Below, piece by piece: positions 13,244 through 24,515 of a DNA stretch of 64,000 nucleotides (the first letter of the stretch is position 1; each line of letters opens with the position of its first letter). Location: contig OX597823.1 in NCBI GenBank assembly GCA_951406725.2, positions 57,412,001 to 57,476,000 on the forward strand. The letters are read 5' to 3'. The notes beneath the pieces were generated by a model that worked only from the letters and a program-made list of their open reading frames with translations, ran no database searches and was not told where the DNA came from. Both the position numbers and the translations under genes were made by a program. This DNA is from Octopus vulgaris (lineage: Eukaryota).

Positions 13244-13280
<37 letters not shown>
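12945..13280 (+). mobile_element. 5'-truncated R4/Dong-like RLE non-LTR retrotransposon (C-terminus, 3' UTR, (TAC)n(TAA)n tail)
   Basis: NYDDLKWE..VDVMPALIGILGRINTKLPTWLKK/IGTNVEVERLQKSSLLGTVRILCRVLQT* matches the R4/Dong C-terminal pattern KY.DL..E..V.PVVIGALG....LQK..LLGT.RILR.VL; ends in (TAA)n. Confidence 0.82.
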
Positions 13281-13299
13281 ATAATAATAATAATAATAA

Positions 13300-13635
13300 A
13301 TCGACCCCAGGACTTATTTTTAGACTCTGGTACTTATTTTATCGGTCTCTTTTGCTGAACCGCTAATCTATAGTGGCATAAATATACCGGTTTTCAAGAG
13401 GTGGTAGGGGACAAACACAACACACACACGCACGCCCCCTCCACACACACACACACCCCACACATACACGCACGCACCCACACATACATACACATGTCGG
13501 GTTTCTCTCATTTTCCGTCTACCAAATCCACTCACTTGGCTTTGGTCGGCTCGAGGTTACAGTAGAAGACACTTACCATAGGTACCACGCCGTAGGACTG
13601 AACCCGGAACCAGGTGGTTAAGAAAGGAGCTTCTT
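13300..13635 (-). mobile_element. Family B (CORE-like) SINE, body and 3' part; its 5' head lies at 15251-15287
   Basis: Minus strand: AAGAAGCTCC..AACCACCTGGTTCCGGGTTCAGTCC..GTAAGTGTCTTCTACTGT..AGTGAGTGGATTTGGTAGACGG, colinear with the full-length copies at 19336 and 63341. Confidence 0.88.
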
Positions 13636-15250
13636 TTATTCATTAAATTGGTCATAAAGGTCTTACAAAGAAAGGAAGCTGCGGGCTGGACAAGGACATA
13701 ATGAGATGAAATGATAGACGATATGATAATAATGAGGGCAACAGCAAAGCCCGCCGATTGCTGGTTACTCGAGTACATTGTTCTTTAAAAGTACCATATT
13801 TGAGGCAACAAACCTCTTACATAGTTCAAAGTAAAACATCAATGAGGTAATAAGCCTCTTACATTTACAACAAGAAAGCCATTGTGAGGCAGTAAACCTC
13901 TTACACACGTCAATTATAAAATCAATAAAACAATACAAATGAGGCACCACGCCTCTTGCTTTAATTAATTACAAATCTTCCTGCCCGACTAGCCTTCTCC
14001 CCTTGGTCAAACACCTGGACGGTGTCAAGTCAGGCCGATTTAATACAAAATTATAAGTGTCCGCTGGGAAGGAGTTCATTATCCTGCACAGATCAGTTTC
14101 CCATATGACCTCCGCAGCCACCTGCGAAGGCCAGTAGGGTCCTCCGTGCAGGACAGAATCCCCTCCATTCGCCCTTCCTTTCACACTTCTTAATGAAGTT
14201 TTCTATTATCCCTCCCTTATGGAAGATGACCATAAACTCCTCCTCCACAGCATGGGAGGGATCTACAGTTTCCACCTTCAGTTGCACAAACCTCACCGAA
14301 GTTACTTCGGGACACGCCGGCAGTGTATCACAAACCGCCGGCAAAGTCCCGTTTTTCTTTTTTTCCTTTTTTCCGCTGAGACACGGGAGGGTGGTGTTCC
14401 TTCCTTTTGTCTAGCAGATCCTACCTTCCTCCCGCAACCTTCAGATCCTTCGGTGGGCAGCCATTGTTGCCCACCTTTCGTTTTTTCCTTTTTTCGAGTA
14501 GTTCCACCTCCTTGACTTCCTCCTTCTCTCCTTCCAATGAGAGAGCAGGGAGCGGTATCAATATCAACTGCTCTAGGACCTTATTTTGGTCCTTAGGGCA
14601 GTTCTTTTTGATATGACCCAGTTCCAGGCACAGGCGACACTTGGTGGGGGGAGCCTCTCATGCATCACCGGATACCTAGACCTGGCCATTATTAAAAAAT
14701 CTGGAAATACCAGATTTTTGGCTGATTGGGTCCATATGGTCAAAACACCATTTGATCCCTCCCAATCAACTGCAGGCAGAATGTTCCCGTTTAGGAGCTT
14801 GGTACTGTTGCCACCCAGACCCCGGCGGATAGTATCCTCTATCCACTCGGGCTCAATTCCGGGTGGCAAACCGCGGGCCCAAGCCATCGTCAACTTCTTT
14901 CCACAATAAGTTTGAAGAAACAAATTTTTTTTGCTTTCTTTGAAGTTATTAAAATAAAAAATCCCACGAAATTAAACAGGAACAGTTCTCCCAAATAATC
15001 GAGAATAACACAATTCTCAAATTAAATTGGAGGCGGGATAAGCCTCCAAACGGCAATTCTCACAATTAAGTGAGAAAAGCAAAATGCTCTACTGCAGGTA
15101 GACCAACGCCCAGAATCTAGTGAGGACTCCTTGTTTGTACAAAAAATAATTATCACAAACAACGAGCCCCACTGGACCCAAAAAGCAAAAACTCTTACCT
15201 TACAGTAGAGCCTCTACAGGTGAGTGAAGAAAACTAAACGACCGGAACCG
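13636..15250 (-). mobile_element. ORF1-only (Gag-like CCHC) non-autonomous non-LTR retroposon inserted in a SINE head, 14-bp TSD
   Basis: Frameshifted ORF ~14930-13969: LQTYCGKKLTMAWARGLPPGIEPEWIEDTI..., zinc knuckle CRLCLELGHIKKNC (14598-14639), basic/acidic linker and C-terminal region ending RLVGQEDL*; ~330-nt 3' UTR ending in AATAAA; no RT or EN motifs; TSD GAAAGGAGCTTCTT (13622-13635) / GAAGCGAGCTTCTT (15251-15264), 12/14 identical. Confidence 0.82.
13801..13958 (-). repeat. Array of four GAGGY-N5-RCCUC stem-loops in the 3' UTR of the ORF1-only element
   Basis: Minus strand: AAGAGGC-GUGGU-GCCUCA, UAAGAGGU-UUACU-GCCUCA, UAAGAGGC-UUAUU-ACCUCA, UAAGAGGU-UUGUU-GCCUCA, spaced about 42-55 nt with unrelated spacers. 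Confidence 0.85.
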
Positions 15251-15287
15251 GAAGCGAGCTTCTTACCACACAAACGCTCCAGCGCCT
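15251..15287 (-). mobile_element. 5' head of the interrupted family B SINE
   Basis: Minus strand GGCGCTGGAGCGTTTGTGTGGTAAGAAGCTCGCTTC versus the intact head GGCATAGGAGTGGCTGTGTGGTAAGTAGCTTG at 19336. Confidence 0.85.
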
Positions 15288-16150
15288 ATTTTATATATTA
15301 TTTTTCTTATTTTATCAAATTTTCATTAGTATCATCCCTAAAGTCACGTTACGAAGTACTATTTTTACAATATTGTTTTCTTTTTACAAACTATGTTGCT
15401 ATATGATAGCATATTAATATTTACGACATATGCAACGTGTATCTGCGTTGAAATTAAAACAAATACAACCTGAAAGGCGCACAGTAGACATTCAAAATAC
15501 AGAAAGACTGATAACTTCAATGAAATGTTTATTATTTGGCGTCTAAATTTTCGTTGCAGGAATTACGACCTGGTCACTAATAAGGTTCCACTGCATCGAG
15601 TTTGGAGCGAGATTGTTGTCAATGTAAAAGTTTCAGGATCATATACTTTTATCGTTCTATGTATCATTGTGTGGTGATAGTAAGACTTGTTCGCAATTGG
15701 TGAACTAAAATTCTTGGTCCCCGCCAATAACAAATATTGAAGTAAAGTTAACGATCTTTCGTGTGTTTTGAAGGGCAAATGTGTGCCTTTCACACTACAC
15801 ATCTAACGCTAGTTACATATTTAAAAAAATATAACTTTGCTAAACACACACCTTCATTTATCTACTGTGTTGGAAAATAACATTTAAAAAAAGGTCCCAA
15901 AATAACCTCTCTTATTGATTTCTATGTGCAGGATGCAAAGTTACTGTATTTTGAAAGATAATGACGTACAAACACAAATAGGTCATCGTAAAGTAATTGA
16001 ATAATCTACAACGGAGAAGATGAGAAGTAACTGCGACATACCTAAAATATTATATAGTTTTATAGGCTTTTGTACGCATTCTACGTGTATATAGAGCTCT
16101 CCGTGTTCTCTATGGTAACACACACGCATAAGTATTATAGTGTATACGCA

Positions 16151-16359
16151 TGTGACCGCGTGTGTATCGTTGGCGATTTTTTTTCCTCCGTCTTCCCTTC
16201 CTTGGATTTTTCCTTTTCCTATGTTTCTGACGAAAAGCTCCGCGCGAAACGTCAAATCCTCTTTCTTTCTTTCTTTCCTAGTTCGAGCGTCCAATAACAC
16301 CACACTTGTTCCACGTTCTCGCGTTGTTGTGTTTTCTCTTTGTGTTTTCATGTTTGGAT

Positions 16360-16363
<4 letters not shown>
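16151..16363 (+). mobile_element. HHR element family H1, copy with canonical core
   Basis: HHR at 16223-16257: GUUU CUGACGA AAAGCUCCGCGC GAAAC GUC|AAAU (stem II weakened); 3' end runs into (TA)n. Confidence 0.8.
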
Positions 16364-16395
<32 letters not shown>

Positions 16396-16399
<4 letters not shown>

Positions 16400-16599
16400 A
16401 TCCACACAAGAAAGCACAAAAAAACACAACAACGCGAGGACGTGGAAAAAATATAGTATTTTTGGACGCTCAGGAAAGAAGGAAAGAAGGAGGGTTTAAC
16501 GTTTGGAGCGGAGCTCTTCGTCGGAAACATAGGAGAAGAAAAGATCCAGAGAAGGGAAAACAGAGGAAAAAAATCGCCAACGGTACACACGATGTCACA
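16396..16599 (-). mobile_element. HHR element family H1, inverted copy (tail-to-tail with 16151-16363)
   Basis: Minus-strand motif at 16494-16528: GUUU CCGACGA A GAGC-UCC-GCUC CAAAC GUU AAAC. Confidence 0.8.
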
Positions 16600-16602
16600 T
16601 TT

Positions 16603-16638
<36 letters not shown>

Positions 16639-16858
16639 GATATAGTGTGTGTGTATGGATATTTATAGATTAGCATATATTTCGTGAGGGAGAGAGGGAG
16701 AGATGCTATATATTTATACAAGATGTGCACCTGTTTGGGGAGGAAAATAGGTGTTTATTATAAAATAGTTAAAACAAAACTTGCCTCATACTGCTCCTGC
16801 TTATTCAAGTTAAAATAGTGAGAGGGCAAGAACGAAAAGTGAGAGGGTGACCTTCGTA

Positions 16859-17075
<217 letters not shown>

Positions 17076-17525
17076 TAGTAGACAACATCTCCGTGGAGGA
17101 GATGTTGTCCAATTAGTTACTATAAAACTGCCATCGTCGTCCCCAAACGAAAGAGGCCTGAGTGAAATGAAGTTCAAGAATGTTTTGAAATATGGTGAGA
17201 TTCAGTTGAATAATTCATAGGTTATAGATAAATATTAAGATATGCAAATCTGCTATTCAAACTTTCTCTATCCGACACAATTTCCAGGCTCTCTCTCTCT
17301 CTCTTTCTTATACGCAAAGCACACACACACACACACACACATATAGACAAGCACATAAGCATACACACACAGAGAAGCATAAATTCCAATTCACACTGTA
17401 GATTAACAACGAATACACAAATAAACGTAAGGATTACCTACAGTGATACGCAAAGATACACTCACTTCACCTGATACACACATACCAACACGCACAGTTG
17501 TAAGAATACTCACATTCGCGTACAC

Positions 17526-17526
<1 letters not shown>

Positions 17527-17595
<69 letters not shown>

Positions 17596-17618
17596 ATATC
17601 TATCTATCTATCTATCTG

Positions 17619-17682
<64 letters not shown>
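17527..17682. repeat. (TCTA)n tetranucleotide microsatellite
   Basis: Directly visible. Confidence 0.97.
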
Positions 17683-17814
17683 ATTCTGTTCATAGGCATA
17701 CAACAAATAAGCGAGTATGTGTTCCTGTCATATTTTTAAAATAAAGTTAGTAAGCAGGAATAGGAAGCAATAGTGAGTGTCAGTAAATAATGGAAACAAA
17801 TGCTATATAAATAT

Positions 17815-17974
17815 ATTGTTTCTCTCCTTGTTTTTGTTTTTTCTGTGTCCCTTTCTGTAGAAGTGCGTAGGCTCGAAACGTAAAAGACTTTTTCTATTCC
17901 TGAGCGTTATACTAATACATCTGTTTGTTTTGTACACCACCTGTCTTCGTCTATTGTTTTTTTCGTAAACTCTG

Positions 17975-17977
<3 letters not shown>
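17815..17977 (+). mobile_element. HHR element family H2 (A6U core variant)
   Basis: 17851-17886: CUUU CUGUAGA A GUGC-GUAG-GCUC GAAAC GUA|AAAG; homologous to 56221-56385 and 42822-42930; ends in (TA)n. Confidence 0.75.
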
Positions 17978-18044
<67 letters not shown>

Positions 18045-19335
18045 TTAAAATATATAAATATAATATATAAATATAATATATAAATATATATATAATAGAA
18101 ATATTAAAATAACTAAGTCTCTCTAAAAGTGTGGAGCGACTGACCTCCCTTGTTCGAAGGTTATATGGATACAGTTTGTGTATCAAATAGCTAACTTAAG
18201 GCGATGGCCTCATGGAGCTAATAAGCGGACAGCTTTTTTCTTATTTTTATAAGAATGCCATATTAGTATGGCGATAACTATTATTATATATATATATACT
18301 ACTCTTTATATTCAGGACCACCAAATTACCTTCTGGACCCAGGAAGATAATTCTTATATTCAGATTTTGGCCTCTGCTGATCAACACCGCACATTCCACC
18401 TACCATTCCTCGTTGACATGGAGATAAACATATCTCGTATGCACCGAAAATGGACACGAAATCTTGTCGGTCGGAAAGTCTAGTTTCACTACATCAGTAC
18501 TTAGTGACTTGAGGTAGTTAAATAGATGCCCTTGTTTCAAAGGCAACCCCAGTCCACATGTATCTAAACTGCTTACTCTGTACAGGGTCATGTTAGATTA
18601 AAGTATACAAGCGGAAAAGATTACTTTGTACGACTTTAAAATATGTTGGTGTGTTATTTCTCGGTGTGATAAAGTCGGTGTGCATGATGTCTATATGGTT
18701 ATATATGTGATCCATTAGTTTTCTATTGTTGGTGTCTATTGCTGTATATTTCTTGCTGTATATGATTTTTGCTGATGCTAAGATGTGCTATCTGAGAGTT
18801 GTGTGTGTAAATTGGATTATGCTTGTGATGGTGGTGTTTGTGATAGTGGTGTTGATTATGGTAGAGTTGGAGATGATGTTGACGGTACTGGTGTGGCTGC
18901 AATTGGGGGAAGACTCAATATATACAATAATTTTGGAAACCTTTGCTTGTCCCGGGTATCACATGTGATACACAGGATATATATACCCTTGGCGTCCGCT
19001 CATCATACATAATACGCATTACGAATATTTTTCAAACACTAGAGCAACTGAAAACATATGAAAGGAAACTTTTATATCACATAGAGCATGGAAAACAAAT
19101 ATGGACATTTAGCATAGACTTAAGAAACTGCTTTGCATATGTAAAAGGTTAAATTTCTACAAATTGGAAGATAAAAACAAGTGGATAAAATATTTCGAAA
19201 GAGATATGTAGGTGTGGTTGCAATTCATTACCTAATTACCTACATAGCAATTCATACGTAAGTGAATGTAAAAGGAAAAACATCTCAGCAAAGATGATTT
19301 AAAATTTATATCGATTGCTAATATACATATATATA

Positions 19336-19702
19336 GGCATAGGAGTGGCTGTGTGGTAAGTAGCTTGTTTACGAACCACATCGTTCCGGGTTCGATCCCA
19401 CTGTGTGGCATCTTAGGCAAGTGTTTTCTTGTGAGTGGATTTGGTAGACGGAAACTGAAAGAAGCATGTCGTATATAGGTGTATATATATATATATATAT
19501 ATATGCGTTTGTCCCCCCCCCCCCAACATCGCTTTACAACCGATGCTGGTGTGTTTACGTCCCCGTAACTTAGCGGTTCGGCAAAAGAGAATAAGTACTA
19601 GGCTTACAAAGAATACGTCCTGGCGTCGATTTGCTCGACTAAAGGCGGTGCTTCAGCATGGCCGCAGTCAAATGACTGAAACAATTAAAAGAGTAAAAGA
19701 GT
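19336..19702 (+). mobile_element. Near full-length family B tRNA/CORE-like SINE with internal microsatellite
   Basis: A-box TGGCTGTGTGG, B-box GGTTCGATCCC, CORE-like TTAGGCAAGTG, 3' tail GGCGGTGCTTCAGCATGGCCGCAGTCAAATGACTGAAAC..AAAAGAGT. Confidence 0.9.
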
Positions 19703-20425
19703 ATACATGAAACAAATTCACTGTACTGGAATAAAATAGGGGGAACATGTATACAAATAGCTATCGAACTTTTCATGAATCCAATACTGTCTTAAATAGA
19801 GAAAATATATCAAGTATATCCTGCTTGTCCTTCGGAGCAACGAGGACCATCTAGTCATTCTATGACGACTGATGATTTGAGCGGTGCCTGATGATTTGAG
19901 AAGAGTTGCGCGCCATCAAACCTAGTCTCTTGTTCGTGACAGTCTTTGATCTAGTGGCAGGACAGATTATAATGATTGAATAGAGAAGAATTCAGAGGAT
20001 GACCAAAATGTCTTCCTTGTTTCATCTTGTTACTTTCACTCTACAATGAGTTACTGCAGCCGCCTTACTTTCCGTTGGACGACAAAGGTTTATTTCGCAG
20101 AGTACACAAGATCAAGGCTTCCGTTGCATGGATATGCAAGCCCTAATATGCTTATTAATTCATAACCGGAACTCTAGAAGACGCTACTACACTAGACCAG
20201 TGTACACCCGGCAAAGATAGCGGCTAAAAAGTGGTTTCACACGCCTCAAAGACGTGTGGCTCTAGATCCACTACCAGATGTAGTTTAGAATCACTACCAG
20301 GAATAGAATAGAGGCAACGGGAACGTCTTTTATCGCGTATTAACTCCATCAGGCGTTGAACTGAGAATAAACAACAATAGAAATATATGTATGTTTGCAT
20401 GTATATATATATATATATATATATA

Positions 20426-20782
20426 ACAATTTCAGCGTGGAAGGTGTTTATAAGCCATTTAAGAAACACACAAAAACCGTTAGATTCACTTCAACATTTA
20501 AATTTAATTTGTCAAAATATTTTCGTCGCTATGAAATCGCGACCTGTTCACTCACAAAATTCTCTGCTGCAGTACAGAGATGCAGCACAGAATTTTGTCA
20601 ATGAATAGGTCGCGGTCTCAAAGTGACGAAAATATTTTGACAAATTAAATTTAAATGTTGAAGTGAATCTAACGGTTTTTGTGTGTTTCTTAAATGGCTT
20701 ATAAACACCTTCCACGCTGCAATTGTTTTCGTTCCAGGACACGATTTCAGATCAGGTCACTTGCTATGCAAGTACATCTCCG

Positions 20783-20785
<3 letters not shown>
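20426..20785. mobile_element. ~300-bp near-perfect palindrome (20426-20726) plus unique 3' extension, embedded in (TA)n
   Basis: CAGCGTGGAAGGTGTTTATAAGCC..GTCAAAATATTTTCGTC is mirrored by GACGAAAATATTTTGAC..GGCTTATAAACACCTTCCACGCTG; the ORF track shows the same peptide (VEGVYKPFKKHTKTVRFTSTFKFNLSKYFR) on both strands. Confidence 0.9.
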
Positions 20786-20818
<33 letters not shown>

Positions 20819-21323
20819 TTACCTACAGATAAATACATATATATACGTATATATATAAATAATTACATGTATATATATATAAATAGACAGATAAATAGAT
20901 AGATGAATAGATAGATACACATACACACACATGCTCACAGACACTCGCGCACGGACACACGCGTACAGACACAGACACACAGACACAGACACACACACAC
21001 GCACACATACCAGCGTGTGTTTGTCCGTGTGTTTGGGTGTGTATGTTGTTTCGAATTTTTGTCATTCGGATATAGGTCCCGTGCTATTATTGTTGTTCTC
21101 CACATAATTCTAGTTTATATTTGTTATCTTTATGTTTTTCGCGCCCTATTTGTAAATGTTGTACATAGTTTGTATAGCTGGATTTCCGATGTTTGTCAAC
21201 GTTCGTTTAATGTAATATATATCAACGAAATGTCGTGGGGTTGGCCTCAACGCAACGCGTAACGAAAAATGCATAGGTCATCCACAGTTCACACACACAC
21301 GCGCGCACACACACATACGCGCG

Positions 21324-21374
<51 letters not shown>

Positions 21375-22450
21375 ACACACACGCAGAGTTAATACTGTTT
21401 ATTAGTCTTTAGTGTGTGATTGACTTCCCAAACAAATACACATCTTATGTGCTATGTTTGATATACCTACATAGTCTCCATACATTTATTCAAACACATA
21501 TGTATGTACACACACACACACACATATATATATGGAAGAGTAGAGAGAGAGATATATATATACATATATGTATGTATATATACACATACATACATACACA
21601 CACACACATATATATATGCATGTATGTATGTATATGTATGTATATGTATATAAGTATATGTATATAAGTATATATACATACATACATACTTACATACATA
21701 CATACATACATACACAGGTATATATGTTTGTAATACACATACATATATTTAGGCATATATATATATATCCGTGCATCTGTATATGTTTGAATGCTGTCTG
21801 CCAATCTGCCCTGTTTTTCATCACTCCAACTAACGTACATCTTGATCTAATGTCTATATGCCTATGCACATTGTTTGATACCATACGGAAATGCTTTTTA
21901 GAAGAGTCAAGCTCTTACCTACGAACGAAACTGTTTTTCACTTTAAATAAACATCCATCGAGCCAAAGCTACGGTTGTTTCGTTATGTGTATTTAGAGAA
22001 ACGACAATTTGTGATTTCTGGCGATCTCATAGAACAGTTACTTTACCGGAAGAATCTTACCAAAAGTGACAGTAAAAGGTTGTTTTGGAGCAAGAACTGT
22101 TGGAGTAATTTCCGGCATTTTCCATTCTTAATATGTGATAACGTCTAATGATCTGAAAACTTCTTGCTGTATACAATTTAGCAAGCTGGTGGGGGTAGGA
22201 GGGGGAGGCAGTGAGTGAATGATCTTGGATCTGATCAGACTCAGATTAGCCGAGCAAATTTTTGCAGAAGAATCATTTTAGAGAGGCATTTCAATTTAAA
22301 TTAGCTGAATAGTTGAATGTGAAAGATTGATAAATGTTCCTTATATTTTGTAGCTCCAAAGAAATGTTGAGGGGGGACGAAGAATTTGACAGCTTTTGTC
22401 TTACACTAAAAGGGTTCTTTAATGAATGATTAAATTCAGTTTTGTTTGAG

Positions 22451-22748
22451 GAAGGGCGCGTGGCTTAGTGGTCAAGGTGTTCGACTCAAGATCGTTAGGT
22501 CGTGAGTTCGATTTCCCAGCGGTGTGTTGTGTCATTGAGCAAGACAATTTATTTCTCGTTGCTCCAGTTCACTTAGTAGGAAGAATGAATTGTACCTGTA
22601 ATTCAAAGATCCAAACTTGTCACACTCTGTGTCCTGCCAAATCTCTTTGATATCTACGCTCAGCGACTTGCACGTTAATTACACCGGCTGATTGTTCCGC
22701 TAATCGGATCAAATCGAACGCATGTCATTGTAACCAGTGGAGAGCCAG
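22451..22748 (+). mobile_element. tRNA-derived SINE, family C
   Basis: A-box TGGCTTAGTGG, B-box GAGTTCGATTTCC, GTGTCATTGAGCAAGACA; colinear with 44376-44698. Confidence 0.85.
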
Positions 22749-23315
22749 GCTAAAGAGTTCTTTATTTCATTGACCCAGAGACATATATAAATGCAAAAAT
22801 CACTTTAGGTGTTATTTGAACTCGAAAGGTTAATGGACTTAACGGAATTCTTCTAGTTAATATGTGGCTGGATCATGTCTGCCACTCAAACGATTAGAAA
22901 AAAATAAATGAACGAATGAATAAAAAACAAGGTACAAAAATAAAAGATAAAAATACAAAATATAGAAATAAATTGTGGAGGGACAGAAATGATGATGCGA
23001 TATTTGACAGGTATGTCGATATCATGTTTTGAAAGGTGCAAACTAATAAAATATGACAAGACCCTTAAATTAAGACAACAACACGCGCCTTAAGCCCCTG
23101 CCATACCGCCTCCACAAGGAATGGAAAAAGAGAAAATTTTGTAATGAAGATGGAGATAAAAGCATTGTCCTTACAACGAAAGGAGAACATTAAAAGTAAT
23201 ATTAGTGGAAATATTCAAAATTGACAAGAACTACTAAGGGATGTTCACGCACACACATACGCACAAAGACACAAACACTTGCACACACACACACACACAT
23301 ACATTAAGAGAGAAA

Positions 23316-23381
<66 letters not shown>

Positions 23382-23568
23382 ATATATCTTTTATATATTA
23401 CATAGGCAGCATTATACTGATAGATGAGCAGATACACATGCAAATGAATACATACATACATATATATATACATACATATATATATAGGTGTATATACATA
23501 TATGTGTATATATATGTAGATATATATATGTATATATGTGTGTATATGTATATATATATACATACACA

Positions 23569-23604
<36 letters not shown>

Positions 23605-24515
23605 TTTACGTATGTATGTGTGAGGTTGTAATGTAATCGTAAGGAGGAATACCTTTGCGTTTTAGGACAAGACCTACCAGTTGTAGATTCTATATAAAAA
23701 TTGATATTGATCTATCTATAATTTTGTTTCTATGTCAGTTTCTTTTTTTTATGCGTGTATTGAACAACATTGTCAAACTGAAAATTAATATGAGTTGACA
23801 CAGACAGCCTAACATACGTGGGTGACACTCTCTAAGTATACCATATGTGTGTGTATCGCATAAAAACAGAGAGGGTGAGAGAGAGAGACTGTGTGTGTTT
23901 GCATGTGTGTGTACGTGTGAGAGAGAGAGAGAGAGCGAGAGCGAGAGAGAGAGAGACTTGTGGCCTAGTTTTTTAAGTTTCTATGCCTAATCACGTTTTC
24001 TGACAATTGTCTGTAAATGCGAAGTCAAAGATGGATCCTTGGTTCGCAATGATACATGTATATGTAAATGAGAAACGTAAAAAAGATACTGCTGTTATAC
24101 ATACACACATACATACATGCATGCATACATATACTTACTGGCACAAGCTCGTAGGTTCATACTCGCACTCATACATATGACACAAATATACATGCAAAAC
24201 ATACAATACAAAAATACGTACGCACAAATACACGAACAATCATACAAGCGAACGTATACTTTATTGAAATACTGACTTCAACAAAGATGCTTAATTTCGT
24301 CCTACAACATGCCACGAACGAAGGTACTACTAGGCATTATATATCTTCTATCAGAGCAAATTGTAAACGTTATAATAATAATTGTAGAAATAAGAATAGA
24401 ATAAAGAGTAATGTGAAACGAAAGAAAAAATGATTAACTTAAAGGTGTAGAAGGATAGGTAAAGAAAATTAGTTTGATAAAAACGAAATAAGAATGAATT
24501 AATAAATAAAATATC

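Noticed and set aside
13801-13958. CRISPR-like look (palindromic repeat with unique spacers)
   Set aside because: Repeats are only about 20 nt and vary in the loop, the context is eukaryotic, and there are no cas genes; better explained as 3' UTR stem-loops.
17081-17110. Short hairpin GACAACATCTCC..GAGATGTTGTC
   Set aside because: Only an 11-12 bp stem at a microsatellite edge, too small to assign a function.
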